A stretch of DNA of 64,000 bases. Source: Phyllosticta citribraziliensis (lineage: Eukaryota). The notes under the pieces were generated by a model that saw only the letters and a program-made list of their open reading frames with translations, was not told where the DNA came from and searched no databases. Position numbers and translations under genes: made by a program. Where the stretch lies: contig NW_027117342.1 in NCBI RefSeq assembly GCF_038025025.1, forward strand, positions 2,356,001 to 2,420,000. Direction: 5' to 3'. Of this stretch, positions 13,505-29,000 are shown piece by piece (the stretch's first letter is position 1; every line of letters begins with the position of its first letter).

Positions 13505-16500
13505 CCTTTACATCACTAGTACCTACTACTCCTACCTAGATACTACCTATATATAACCCTTTTTAGAAGAAGTAAAGCTTTTTACTTCTCTAATTTATAG
13601 ATAGTAGCTATTAAACTATTCCTTATTTTACTCCTATAAGTAATATACTTATAATATAATCTCCTAGAACTTTTTATTATATAAGTTAATCTACTTTACT
13701 TATAAGGCTAGTAGGTCTCTAGTACTCTTTATATCTTATTATAGTATAAGCTACTATATAGGTATCTCTATCTTAATAGGGAGTATATAGTCCCTCCTAT
13801 ATAAGACCTCTATAAGAGTTATTTTAGTTATTCTATAAATTATAGTCCTATTAGCTTATAAGATATTATAAAAGTATAGCCTCTAAAGCTTAATACCTCT
13901 AGTAGATAGCTTAGCTAGTATATTATTAATTTACCTATACTCTCTTTTAACTATACTATTTAACTCTAGATAGTATACTAAAATATTAACTTTAGATATA
14001 TAGTATAGTTCTATAATAAGTTTAGTATAGCTTAGGTTCTTACTACCTTTATCTATAATAAGATATTAAAAGGTACTATAATAATAAATTAGCTCTTTAT
14101 ATAAGAAGTTAGCTACTAAGGTAGCTTTTAATAAATATAGGATCTATTCTTTAACCTAGCTAGAAACTACTTCTTATATATTAATATAGAAACCTCTAGG
14201 TATATAGATAATATCTATATACTACTTATTACCTAGGATTAATATTTTAAGGGATAGGTAGAGGGCCTCCTTATTATATAATAAACTATAAAATATATAG
14301 GTCTAATAATTTTAGTATTTTTACTTATACTTAATCTATAGTCCTTTTTAAAAGTACTAATCTAAGACTTTCCTAAATATTTCTTCTTTAGTATAATAGC
14401 TAAACTTATAGTATAGCTATTATATTATTTATTTTTAAGCTATAGAATTATCTACTACTCTTTTTAATAGTATATTCTTTAATAATTATTAAAATAGGTA
14501 CTAGTTATAGACCTAGTACCTATAGGCCTTCTATTACTATTTCTAGGCCTCTAATTATATAACTTTAGGTAGGAGTAGGCTATAAGTAATAAACTTAGCT
14601 AGATCCTTAAATTCTTAGGAGTACTCCTTATATAATACTCTATATAGAATAACCTCTCCTAGTAGGCTAGAAGGGCCTAGTATTAGTATTTAATTAGCTA
14701 ATATTAACTCTCCCCTAATCTAGTAGATAGTTAATAGGAGGTCTATAGAACTAACTATATATATACTTAGCTATAGAGATAATAATAAGTTATTAATTTT
14801 ATCTTCTATCTTCTCTATCTATTTTTATAGGTCTTCCTTACTTAACTCCTTAAAATTTAGCCTCTTTAATAGTATATCTACTATCCTATTCTTTATCCTA
14901 GTAATATATAGTATCTTAAAATTTTATATAGATAGCTAATTAAGCTACTACTTAAGGACTCTACTTATTATAAATTTAGTCCTACTATTTAGGTAGTCTT
15001 ATAGGATATAATAGTCTATCTTAATAAGGAAGTATTATCTAAATAGCTATAGTTTAAATCTAGTAATTATATATACTAGTACTTAGTATTCTAGCTTTCT
15101 AGAGTTATAAAATAATTCTATTCTAGACTAAATACTACTCTTATATCTTACTAGATATCTAGTACTATCCTTCTCTTATATTAAAACTACTCCCTATCCT
15201 ATACTACTATTATTTATAACTATAATAATATCTCTTAGGGACTCCTCTCTATATATAATAGATACTAAGGTAGGTACTATTATAATAGCTTCCTTAATTT
15301 TAGCTATAGCTTTATTATACTTATTTTTCTAAGTAAATAGTATATTCTTCCTTATTAGAGTATATAGTAGTACTACCTTATATAAGTACTCTTTAACCTA
15401 GTAATAAAAATAGGTAGTTACTCCTAGGAAGCCTCTTAATAATTTAAGGTCTTAGGAAATATCCTAGTTATTAATCTTATCTACTTTAAACTTAGTAGAT
15501 AGGTATCTAAATTCTCTATATTTAAACTTAATAACTTTAACTTCTAGTATATTAAAGAAGGACTTTTCCCCTAAGATTATAAATCTAGCTAATTCTAGGT
15601 TCTATAGTATACTATTAATATCCTAGATATATTTAAGTATAAATTACCTAACTCCTACTACTATACTTTCTATATTATTATATTAGCTCCTTTATTAGCC
15701 TCTTATAATATTATTTATAAAAAGGTTAGCCTTATCTTATTAGTTATCTAGTATATATCTTAGGCTATAAACTACTTATCCTAGAGAATTAATTATACCT
15801 TAAGAAAGTATATAGTTATACTAGTATCCTTAAAGAGTAATAAATCTAGTAAGATCCTAATACTTTTTAGTAACTATAAATTAATTAAAACTAGAGTATA
15901 GGTCTATAAGGGTATATATTATAAAGCCTCTCTAGTATTCTATATAGTTATCTATTAGTCCTAGTATACTAGTATCTTAAATAGTAATATTATTTAGTAT
16001 TTATAAATTATTAATCTATCTATATATACTATTTTTCTTAGGTAAGACTATCTAAGGATTATAATATTAACTAGAGTAGTATTTAATAATTCCTATATCT
16101 TACTAAGTAGTAAGTAAGTTAAATATATATTATATTTTAGCCTATAAAATATATAATACTCTAATTCTCTAGGCCTTATATAGTATTATCTTAATAGGGA
16201 ACCTATATATTACTATTAGCTTAATTTATCCTATTTCTAATAGGTTAAATAAGATAGTACCTTTTCTACTATATAATATTTCTAGTATTAGTTTCTACTC
16301 TTTTAGCTAGAGGTTATCTCTAATAATAAGCCTAGCTAGCCTTTCCTATATAAGGTATATACCTAGTTAAAAGATAATAATCCTTAAATAGAATAAGTAG
16401 GTAAATTATCTCTAGCCCTAGAGGTCCCTTACTAGTATAATAGTTTACTTAATAATTATAGTCTCTTTAGTCTTCTACCCCTTAATTATATTTAATAACT

Positions 16501-19500
16501 CTTCCTATAGTATTAAGTTATCTATAGGCTCTATTTTTATACCTTTTTATTTATATACTATATACTAGTATAGGTTTTATTATCCTATAGTATTAAGATA
16601 ATTAGGAAATATACTATACTAAGATACCCTATAATAAATAATACTCTATTCTCCTATTATATATATAGTTAAAAATATATTATCTAATACTAAATTAGTA
16701 TTTTTAGTATTTTATTTATTTTAATTATATAGGCCTCCTACTAATTAGTATAGTAATTATATACTAATTAGCCCCTAAATTATTATACTAGCTAGTTTCC
16801 TAGCCTTACTACTTATATACTATTACTACTTTAGATTCTAATAGGGCTAATATAGTATATAGTATCTTTAATACCTTTAATAAATAGGAATACCTAGTAG
16901 GTAATAATTTCTATATAGTAGTAAGGGTTAATAGGGTAGGTAAACCTTAATTTAACTACTCTAGTAGGTATAGTTTTAAATTTACTACCTACTAAGATAA
17001 TCTAGGATATTCCTAATATAATAAGGATAGTAGTTTAGTTATATACTAGGAAATAAGTACTCTAGGACTAATCTCCTCCTATTTAAATAGTTAAACTTAG
17101 GATCTATTATTTAATTTTATACTTTAAACTATTTATAAATCCTATAGTTATATTAAAACTATTAGGTAGTATATCTTAAACTAGGATACTAAGTTTAGCT
17201 ATAAGGGCCTTAGAAATACTATTTATATTTACTCTAGTATCTACTAGTACTTATACTATATAGCTACTAAAGGATACTAGGATAAAGGATAATAGGATAT
17301 AGTAGATAATAAGGCCCTATTATTTAGCTAGTATTATAACCTCTTTATAAGTTATTAGCTTTAGCTTATAATCTTCTCTAGTAGTTATAGAATCCTCCTA
17401 GCCTTTTAGTAATTTAATACTAAAGTATATCTTATATATAGATAGGTCTATAGGCTTACTATCCTAAAGGGGCTTACTATTAGGCCTATATAAAATAAAG
17501 CTCTAAGTAGGTATATACTTTATAGTATATACTAGGCTTATATATATATAGTTAAAAACTCTAGAGATAGTTTTACCCTTAGTAACTAATATATTAGTTA
17601 GTATATTTAAATATATAAAGATCCTATCTAGGAAATAATCTTCTTATTTAAATAGGTAATACTAGGAGAAGTTAAATTCTACTAGCTTATTAAAGGAGTT
17701 AAACTAGTACCCTTTAATATTATCTACTAATTCTATATATATAGTATATATTAGCTTCTATAGGTCCTCTATTATATATAGGTATTTATTTAGTACCTAT
17801 AGGTTATTATAAAGTATTTCTTAGACCTCTTCTATAATCTTAGTACTAATAAGAGTATAAAATAACTTCTATATATTATTATATAGGCTAAGGATTCCTT
17901 TTATATACCTAATAGTCTCCTTATTAAAGATATCTCTATATCTCTAGCTATTTAGACCTAGTTTATACTATTTATAATAGAATAGGTCTCTAAATATAAT
18001 AGTTTTAACCTAGTACTACTTAGGGGGGGCCTCTTTACTAAGTAGCTCTAGTTTATTACTCTCTAATTCCTTAAGAATAATACTTAGTTTATTTTATAGG
18101 ATTTCTTTAATATTAGATATATCCTTATTAGTATCTTCTATAATTACTCTTTAAGGTTTATCTATATTAGGCTCCTAAGTAGGCTCTTTACTAGAGATAG
18201 TAGGTTCTTTAATATTATTATCTAGTAGACTAGTAATAGCTAGTTACCTTAGCTATTAAGGTATATTTACTAGTAGGGTTATATTTAAAATATCCTTATT
18301 AGATATATTCCTAGTCTTATTAGATATTACCTACTTAGCTATATTCCTAATTTATTTATTAATAGTTATTTTATTAATTATAGCTTATAAAATTTTAGCT
18401 CCTCTTCTCCTAGCTAGCTTCTTTAGCTTCCTTATATATTTTATAATCTTTATTAGATTTATAAAAATTATATTTTTAGAAGGTACTTTAGCCTTAAAAT
18501 AGTATATACTATATATTACCCCTTTATTATAATAATAAATCTAATAGAAATAAGGCTAGCTATCCTCTATATTAGCCTAAGTATAATTAATTTAAGTATA
18601 CTAGCTTAGGTCCTAGTTATATTAGTCTTAATTATAATAGCTATAGTCTAAAGGTATATTATATCTAGTATTAATTTATAGTAGGGGCTAATATCTATAT
18701 AGTTCTTTATTTATTATAGATTAAGATAATAACTCTCCCTTAGTCTAGTAAGGAGTTACTTATTATTCTAGTACTAGTAGTATTTTTAATAAATTATTAT
18801 TATTTATCTACCCCTAATACTATAAGTACTTCTTAATATCTAGCTATTTATTCTACTTATAAGTTAATATTAGCTAGCTATTAAAGTCCTAGATATATCT
18901 ATTTTAACTAATAGATATAAGGCTAGTATATATAAATAGTAATAGAATAGGATAACTCCTAACTATATAGCCTATCTTATTATAACTCTAGTATTCCCCT
19001 ATTCCTATACTTTAATTTATATTTAAACTAGCTAGTCTTACCTAGTTATAGGAGTTAGGGTTATATTAAGGTTAGCCTATAAGAGCTATCCTAAATAGTA
19101 GTAGCCTTATTAGTAGAAGACTAGGACCTATTTATAGAATATACTATTCTAGTAGTAGTATATACTATCTAGCTAGCTAGCCTATTCTAATAGAGCTATT
19201 ATAGGGAAATAATAACTAGATAACCCTTATATATAGGTCCCTACTACTTATAATATACCTATACTTCTTACTATCTATAAGCTATTTATAGATATAGCTA
19301 GTAGCCTCCTAGATTAATTTAATATATATCTTAGCTAGCTTATCTACTAGGTCTTTAACTATAATATTATTACTCTTTACTAAAGGGGTCCTAGTCTTAG
19401 AGGTTAATTATTTACTTAAAGCTATAATTATAGAGGAAGAGCTATTAGAGGATAATATTATAAATAATAGAGGAGACCTTAAAAGGTATCCTCTCCTTAT

Positions 19501-21715
19501 TAGTATAGGGTCTATAATATAGTCTAGCCCCTTAATATAGTATATAACTATATTTATAATCTCTAGTAAGTCTATAGAGTATAATACTATATACTATTTA
19601 TATTTTAGTTAGGTCTTAATATATAACTAGAGATACTAAATATTCCTAGCTCTATAGGCTAAATACCCCTTTTATAAGAACCTAGTTTATATATTTATAT
19701 ATAGGGTATTAAGGAACTATATCTCTTATAAGCTTTTATTAATATATCCTTCTTCTATTACCTTATTACTAAGTATCTTATAAAGTCTAAAGAACTTATC
19801 TATTTTAAAGGGGTAATAGAGGTCCTTATATCTCTTAGCTAAATTCTTAATATAGCTCTAGTTCCTATTAATTATACTAGTATCTTAGTTCTTATATTAT
19901 ATTAATATCTAAACTTTTAGACCTTCCTAGTCTCTAGTCTAGAACTTAATAGTATAATAGATTTCTAGGCTAATTAGGGTTTTATAATATTAAACTAGCT
20001 TTAGTATAAATTCTTTTAGGAGACTCCTAGCTATAGTATAGAAGTATTTATATATTTCTAGGAATAATAATATATTATCTCCTTTAAACTATAGCCTTTA
20101 CTTTAGTACTAGTATCTAGCTTATTAGGATTATTTATATTAGAGAAACTATTCTTATATAGTATTAGTTAGCTTCTATTAGTATTAATAACTCCTTCCTA
20201 GACTAGGGGAGAGTTATTTCTATAGTATCTAGTATTAGTTAATTAGCTTAGCTTAGTACTATTATTTTATTACTATCTATCCCTAATAGTAGTATAATTA
20301 TAGGAGGTATACCTAGCCTAGTAAAAGGTCTAAATAAACCTATAGCTAGTACTATACCTTATAAGAGAGTTTAAGTACTAATTACTAATAATAGAGGTAC
20401 TATAGATAGTCCTCCTTAAATAATTATAGGCCCCTACTACTAGCCCCTAGGAGAGTACCTACTATTATAAGAACTAGATTATTATCTTTTTCCTTTATCT
20501 CCTTCTAATATACCCCTTCCTCCTCTTCTATTTCTTCCTAATCTACTAGAAGAACTTATAGTTCTTATAGGCTAGCTATTAAATTTATTATATAATTATA
20601 TCTAAATCTATCTTTATAATTTATTATATAAACTATTAACCTTATAATATAATAGAATAGTCCTAGAAACTTAATAGGCCTTAATAATCTAAAATCTATA
20701 AAATAACTATATAAAAATTATAGAATTAACTATCTAGGCTTATCCCCTATACTTTATAGGTAGAAATACCTAGAATAATATTATACTTAATAAAAATAGA
20801 ACTAGCTAAAATTAAATAGTATAGTATTATTATTCTATAAAGTATATATTATCCTACTATAAAATTATAAATATTAATCTTATAGCTTATATAATATCTA
20901 TAAAATAGTACCTAAAATAAATAAGTAAATAAATACTAGTATAATAGTAATAACTAGTATAGTAAATATATAATAATAGGCTAGATAGGGGAGGATAAAA
21001 TTAATAGTACTTATTAGTAATATCCTAAAGCCTTTTACTTATCTAATTTCTACTACTATTATATATTTATATAATTAGGTAATAGTAAGCTCCTACTCTA
21101 TAGAAGCTATACTATAAAATATAGATAGAACTAGCTACTTACTAATATACTTACTTAGCTAGCTAAAATACTAGTACTAGGAGAGGTATAAGAGATAGTA
21201 ACTAGTAGTAAATAAGTAGACTCTATAAGATAGGAATAAAATAACTACTAAATTAACTAAAATAAGCTACTATCTAGCCATTACTTTATTATCTAAGTAG
21301 TATAAGACTCAGGTATAAATAATAAGTATAAATAAATAAATAACTAAGTATTTAGTAGATAATAGTTTAACCTAGTATAAAAGACTTTATTTATATAAGT
21401 AGTACCTCTTAATAAGCAGCTATAAAAGGGGGTATATAACTAGCTAATCTACTACTAAAATACTAATAATATAAAACCTCCTATTACTACTAAAGGTACT
21501 AAGTTTACTTATACTTTTATTAGCTATTATTATTACTACTAACCTATATAGAACTATATCTTCCTAGTATTCTAGAGCTACCTATAGTCTTATTTTCTTA
21601 CTAGCCTAATCTTCTACTTATATCTAAGCTAAAACTACAGCTAAGAATAAGAATAATAATTACTAAAAGTAACTATTAAAAGCCGCGAAAACTGTGCCGG
21701 CCAGCAGTGCTATAC
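13505..21715 (-). mobile_element. Ty3/gypsy LTR retrotransposon C (heavily RIP-mutated, long gag region, probable 5' LTR near 21.0-21.7 kb)
   Basis: Minus-strand RT S*GIINS...ANLFINNI (FIDD mutated to FINN, ~15709-15810); RNase H INNSSIG*GVVL (~15185-15220); protease NLGAN (from DSGA, ~16760-16790). 17310-21720 is repeated at 26090-30485. Confidence 0.82.
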
Positions 21716-22899
21716 TAGTAGTACTAGGAATAACTAGAGGGCTAGATAATAGACTAGCAGCTAAAGACTACTAGCTAGCTACTAGTAAGATTTAAGGAGT
21801 AGCTAATAGTACTATACTACTAATAAAGGTTTAGCTACTCTTAGCTATTATACAGCTTACTAACTATATAATATAATAAGATAAGCTATCTCTATTACCT
21901 TTAGAACTATCTAGGCCTAAAATCTTACTTATATACCTTACTAGAGGCTATAGACTATAAACTTAATAATACCTAGAGCTTCTAGTATATCTATTAATAT
22001 AGTATTTTATCCTAATACCTTATAGGGCAGGATAGAAGGGAGAGAACTTATTAGTAAGGAGTAGATAGAAAATTAATACCCTCTATAAGTAAAATTAACC
22101 TATTAATAGTATTATAGTACCTAGTAGAGTAAATTAATACTAACTACTAATAATTAATAGGTAAGGAGTAAGAGTAGTCACTATAAAGCCTATATAGGAA
22201 GACTATCTACTCCTTATAGCTAATACTAACTATATATAGCTAGTATATAGGGGAAAGGTATAGCTAAAACCTATAAATACTAGAGGCGCGCCAGCGCGCG
22301 TAATAAGTTAAGGATATCTAAATAGGCTATTCCTAATATATAGGTATACTAGGGGAAGTTATTATTCTAGTTAACTAAATTCTAGGCTCTTTTTACTATT
22401 TTATCTAGTAGTCTATCTATATTAGACATAGTATACTAGAGAGCTAGCTAAATTATATAGAAGTAAGTTTTAGTATATTTAGTTAGGATATAAAGTAGAA
22501 GTATTAGGGAATAGTATCCTAACTATTTATAAGGGACTCCTTTTAGAGCTAAGAGTTAAAATAGTAGTAGCTTTTACTATACTAAAATAGTAGTAGCTTT
22601 TACTATTAAGTTTATTTAAGGGAAAGATTATTAGACCTAGTATAGCTTTTACTATATATTTAACTAAAGGGGAAAAGTAGGTAGTAGTACTTTTATACTT
22701 TTAGCTACTATTTTAATATAGGTTACCCTATAGAGATAGTAGATTCTTATCTAATAGGAATAAGTATTATAAGTAAGGTTTATTAATTAGGCTAAGCTAA
22801 CTATTAAATAGGGACCTATAAGTAGGGGGGGGCCTGCTAAGGAAGGCGCCTATAAGGGGGTTACCTATAGTACTAATAAGCGCGCGCGTGACTAGTTAT

Positions 22900-25800
22900 T
22901 AGGTCTATAGCTATAAGTAAATAGAGGATCCTTCCTAATTTTAAGGGTAATTTTATAGTCTTTAGGGGAGTAATTAGGTAGGGATTTAGCTTAGTCCTAA
23001 TTAAAAATAAAGATAAGGTTATAGAGGTAATTAGGGACTTATAATTTAAGTTTAGAAGGAGAGAGCTTAGGTTTTCCTTTTTTAAACTTCTTAAAGTCTT
23101 TAGGAGTAATAGTATTTATTATAGTAGAGTAGAACTAGGTAATAGAATTAATAGGAAAGAAAATATCTAAATTATAGTCCTATTTATAGGTAAGTTAATA
23201 GAAGAATATAATACTAATAAATTTTATATTAAAGGCTAACTATTCTATATCTTATTATAGTAGAAGAGAATCTATAGGAAGGATTTAAACTAGTTTCCCT
23301 TTAATAAGATAACTAGCTTAGAGGTAATTCTTAAAAGAGAGAGTAACTAAGTACTATTTATAGTTAGTAGTAATATTATACTTAAAGAGCTAAAGGTCTT
23401 CTAGAATAAAAGAGATTTATAAAATAGTAGTAATATAGTAGAAGACCTAGCTAAGATAGTCCTTAAATACTATATTTACTAGGGTAGTATATTTAAGAAT
23501 AGAGTTAACTAACCTATTAGTATTAAGGAGCTTTATAGGTAACTAGAATAGGAATATATTAATATAATATTTATATATATAGTTCTTATTAATTATATTT
23601 ACTTTAGTACTACTATTAAATAAGATCTTTATAGGGGAACTATCTATTAAAGAATAAAAGACTAGGTAGCCCCTAATTTAGGGTTAGATAATATCTAATA
23701 TTAAAATCTTATAAGATAGTAAGCTAAGAGTTAAATCTTATTTAATAGAGAAGGAATAGAGAGATATAAGGTATACTAGCTAAGAATTTAGAGGGTAACT
23801 ATCCTCTAGGTTTAACCTTTTAACTTAGAGTTAGTATTAGTTTCTTTATTAGTAAAAGAGTCTTTAGATAAGCTAATATCTATAAGATTTATTTAAGTAG
23901 GGTAGAGGTTAGTATTCTAAGTAGAATAGATAAAATTATTAGTATAGTATCTAGAATCTTAGTAATAGAAGTAATAATCTTAAATAGTAAGCTTTATATA
24001 GCTAGTTAAATCTAGCTTTATAGGGGATAATTTAGACTTATACTAGACTCTAGTCTAATTTAGAGGCTTTATAATAGTAAGCCTTTATTTAGAGCTAGAG
24101 TTAATACTAGGAGTTAAGGCTAGTATATAAGAAGTAGGATAGTTAGAGTTATTTCTAGCTAGCTAATTCTATTAGTAAAAGGACTAAAGATAAGGCTAAT
24201 AGATAGTAATACTAAGAGTATTTCTTTTAATATTCTAGAGAATTTTAAGGGCCTTAAAGGTCTAGTTAAAGGTTAGGTAGAGGATATAATAAGAGAAAAA
24301 GAGATAGAGAGAGTAAATAAAGCTATAGAGATATTAGTCCTCTATATAACTAGCTTAAGATTAGAGAGTAAAGAGTTTTATATAGAACTAGAAGGTATTT
24401 TTATCTCCTCTCTAATAAATAAAGTAGAGTTTAGTATAGGCCCTTTTAACTAGATCTAATATACTAGACTAGTATTTAATTTTATAGAAGAAGTTAGAAA
24501 GGGAGATAAGATAGCCTTCCTAGTTATAGTAAGTAAACTATTCTTTTATAAAAATAAAGAGGGGGTTATTAAAGAAGTAAAGAGTATAGAGTATCTTCCT
24601 CTTTTCTATAAAATAGAGAGGTATATCTATTTCTAATTTAGTCTTAATTATAAAGTACTACTAAATATATTATTAGGATTTATACTATTAAATTTCTCTA
24701 ATAGGTATATACTAGATTTCTAGAAGGATTTAGATAGGTTAACCTAAGTAGTAATAGAGTCTTTATAGAGGAAAGAGGTCTCTTTATAGTTATATATTAG
24801 GGGTTAAATAGTAATTATATAATTAGTAAGAGCTTAGTTTATAGGTTCTTAAATTATAGTAAAGTAGAGTAGCTAGGCTAATTAATAGAGAGAAAGATCT
24901 TTTTTATTATTAATAACCTTAATATAAGGAGTATTAGTAACCTTATTAAAGAGCTAGTTTTATAGGGAGATAGCTTTAACCTCTAAGGTATAAGTCTCCT
25001 TAATAAGGACTTAATAGTCTATCTTTTAAGCTAATATAGTAGTATCTTATCTTTCTATCCTAGTATAGAGTTTATTAATAGTATAGCTAAGGTTAAAGTT
25101 CTTCTTCCTAAGTTTATTAAAGATACTCTTTATACTATTATAGGAAGCCTAGAGGTATTTAAAAGTAGTTATTTCCCTTATAACTAATAAGGGGATCTTA
25201 GAGATAGAGATATAGTAAAGTATCTAGTAGTAGTTCTTAATAAGGTCTTAAAGAAAGATAAATAAGGAGGGGGTAGTATTTAGAGTTTTAATAATAAAAT
25301 CTTTAAAGGTATATAGGGATTTCTATTCTAAAAGGAATAGATAGTAGGCTCCTCTATTATAGATAAAGAGACTAATAAGGTTTAAGCTAGGATAGATAAT
25401 TAAAATAGTAGTATAATTAGATAAGGAGTTATTATTATTATTAATACTAATAGTTTCTAAGCTAGGGAGTAGAATATTAGCTATATTTATATCTAATTAT
25501 ATAATAGAAGGGCCTTTACCCTTACCTAGCTAAGGTCCTTATTTATTAGTAAAGAGTAGGTAGCTAGAGGCTATTATCTTAGCCTTATTAATATTAAGCT
25601 TAAATATATTAGAGGGTTAAGGGCCTAGTTTATTTAAAGTATTTTGAGTAGAATCTAGTAAAGTATTAGTAGTAGAGGAAGCCTAGAATAAAACTAATTA
25701 AAAATAGGTAATAGGGGTATAATATAAGTACTTTATAAAGTAATAAGGATAGGAGCTAGAGGCTTTAGAAGATATAGTATTCTAGATATTAATTAGTAGG

Positions 25801-26080
25801 ATAGATTTCTAAAATAGGAAGTAGGGGCTACTTTAAATATAGTAATAAGGTTATTAGATAGAGTTAAAGAGACCTTAGACTTATATAAGGCTTTAAGAGG
25901 TAAACACTATATTTAGCTAACTAAAAGTCTAAGGTAAAGAGAAAAAAAGAAGTAGAATAAGAGAGAAGGTAGAAATATAGTTATAGTAGGCTAATTACTT
26001 AGCCTACTAAGTAAGTATATAGTTATATACCTACTTTTACTAGGTAGGATTCTAGTAAACTAGACCTTATATAGGTGTAG
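22900..26080 (-). mobile_element. Fragment of another gypsy-like element D (gag-protease)
   Basis: Minus-strand ILFNSSTKVNII (23591-23626) reverts by A>G changes to the retropepsin motif LFDSGAEVN. It abuts the second copy of element C. Confidence 0.6.
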
Positions 26081-26089
26081 GCCTAATAA

Positions 26090-29000
26090 AGGCCCTACTA
26101 TTTAGCTTATATTATAACTTCCTTATAGATTATTAGCTTTAGCTTACTATCTCTATTAATAGTTATAGAATCCTCTTATCCCTCTAGTAATTTAATACTA
26201 AAGTATATCTTATATATTAATAAGTCTATAGGCTTACTATCCTATAGGGGCTTACTATTAGGCCTATATAAAATAAAGCTTTATATAGGTATATACTTTA
26301 TAGTATATACTAGGCTTATATATATATATAGTTAAAAACTCTAGAGATGGTTTTACCCTTAGCTACTAATATATTAGTTAGTATATTTAAATATATAAAG
26401 ATCCTATCTAGGAAATAAACTTCTTACTTAAATAGGTAGTACTATAAGAAATTAAACTCTATAGACTTTCTAGAAGAGTTAAACTAGTACCCTTTAATAT
26501 TATTAACTAGTTCTATATATATAATATAAAATATATTAGCTTCTATAGGTCCTCTATTATATATAGGTACTTATTTAGTACCTATAGATTATTATAAAGT
26601 ATTTCCTAGACCTCTTCTATAATTTTAGTACTAATAGGAGTATAAAATAACTTCTATATATTATTATATAAGCTAAGGATTCCCTTTATATACCTAATAG
26701 TCTTCTTACTAAAGATATCTCTATATCTTTAGCTATTTAGACTAAGTTTATACTACTTATAATAGAATAGGTCCCTAAATATAATAGTCTTAACCTAGTA
26801 CTACTTAAGGGGGGCCCCTTTACTAAGTAGCTCTAGATTATTATTTTCTAACCCTTTAAGTATAATACTTAGCTTATTTTATAGAATTTCTTTAATATTA
26901 GATATATTCTTATTAGTATCCTCTATAGTTACTCTTTATAGTTTATCTAAATTAGACTCTTAAATAGGCTCTTTACTAGAGATTATAGGCTCTTTAATAT
27001 TACTACCTAATAGGTAAGTAATAGCTAGTTATCTTAGCTACTAAGGTATATTTACTAGTAGGGTTATACCTAGGATATCCTTATTAGATATATTCCTAGT
27101 CTTATTAATTATTACTTACTTAGCTATATTCCTAACCTATTAATTAATTACTATTTTATTAACTATAGCTTATAGGATTTTAGCTCTCTATTATCTAGCT
27201 AGCTTCTTTAGCTTCCTTATATATTTTATAATCTTTATTAGGTTTATAAAGATTATATTTCTAGGGGGTACTTCTACCTTAAAATAGTATATACTATATA
27301 TTATCCCTTTATTATAATAGTAAATTTAATAGAAGTAAAGCTAGCTATCCTCTATATTAGTCTATATATAGTTAATCTAAGTATACTAGCTATAGTCCTA
27401 GTTATATTAATCTTAATTATATTAGCTATAGTCTAAAGGTATATTATATCTAGTATTAATTTATAGTAGGGGCTAATATCCCTATAGCTCTTTATTTATT
27501 ATAGATTAGGATAATAACTCTTCCCTAGTCTAGTAGGGAGTTATTTATTATTCTAGTACTAGTAGTATTTTTAGTAAATTATTACTATTTATCTACCCCT
27601 AGTATTATAAGTACTTCTTAATATCTAGCTATTTATTCTACTTATAAGTTAATATTAGCTAGCTATTAAAGTCTTAGATATACCTATTTTAACTAATAGA
27701 TATAAGGCTAGTATATATAAATAGTAATAGAATAGAATAACTCCTAACTATATAGCCTATCTTATTATAACTCTAGTATTCTCCTATCTCTATACTCTAG
27801 TTTATATTTAAACTAGTAGGTCTAGCCTAGTTATAGGAGTTAGGGTTATACTATAGTTAGCCTATAGGAGTTATTCTAGGTAGTAGTAGCCTTATTAATA
27901 GGAGACTAGGACCTATCTATAAAGTATATTATCCTAGTAGTAGTATATACTACCTAGCTAGCTAGCCTATCCTAATAGACCTATTATAAGAAAATAATAA
28001 TTAGATAACCCTTATATATAGGTCCCTATTACTTATAATATATCTATACTTCTTACTATCTATAAGCTATTTATAGATATAGCTAGTAGCCTCCTAGATT
28101 AATTTAATATATATCTTAGCTAGCTTATCTACTAGGTCTTTAATTATAGTATTATTACTCTTTACTAAAGGGGTCCTAGTCTTAGAGGTTAATTATCTAC
28201 TTAAAGCTATAGTTATAAAGGAAGAGCTATCTAAGGATAATACTATAAGTAATAGAGGGGACTATAGGAGGTATCCTCTTCTTACTAATATAAGGTCTAT
28301 AATATAGTCTAACCCCTTAATATAGTATTTAATAGTATTTATAACTTCTAGTAAATCTATAGTATATAATACTATATACTATTTATATTCTAGCTAGGCC
28401 TTAATATATAACTAGAGATACTAAAAATTCCTAGCCCTATAGGATAAGTATCCTTTATATAAGAACCTAGTTTATATATCTATATATAGGGTATTAAGGA
28501 ACTATATCTCTTAGAGGCTCTTATTAATATATCCCTCTTCTACTACCTTATTATTAAGTATCTAATAAAGCCTAAAGAACTTATCTACTTTAGAAAGGTA
28601 GTAAAGGTCTTTATACCTTTTAGCTAAATCCTTAATATAACTTTAGTTCCTACTAATTATACTAGTATCTTAGTTCTTATAATATATAAGTATCTAGACT
28701 TTTAGACCTTCCTAATCTCTAGTCTTAAACTTAATAGTATAGTAAATTTCTAGACTAATAAGGGTTTTATAGTACTAGACTAGTTTTAATATAAACTCTT
28801 CTAAGAGACTCCTAGTTATAGTATAAAAGTACTTATATATTTTAAGGAATAATAATATATTATCTCCTCTAAATTATAGCCTTTACTTTAGTACTAGTAT
28901 CTAGCTTATTAGAACTATCTAAATTAGAGAAGCTATTCTTATATAGTACTAATTAGCTTCTATTAGTAATAATAACTCTCTACTAGCCTAGGGGAGAGTT

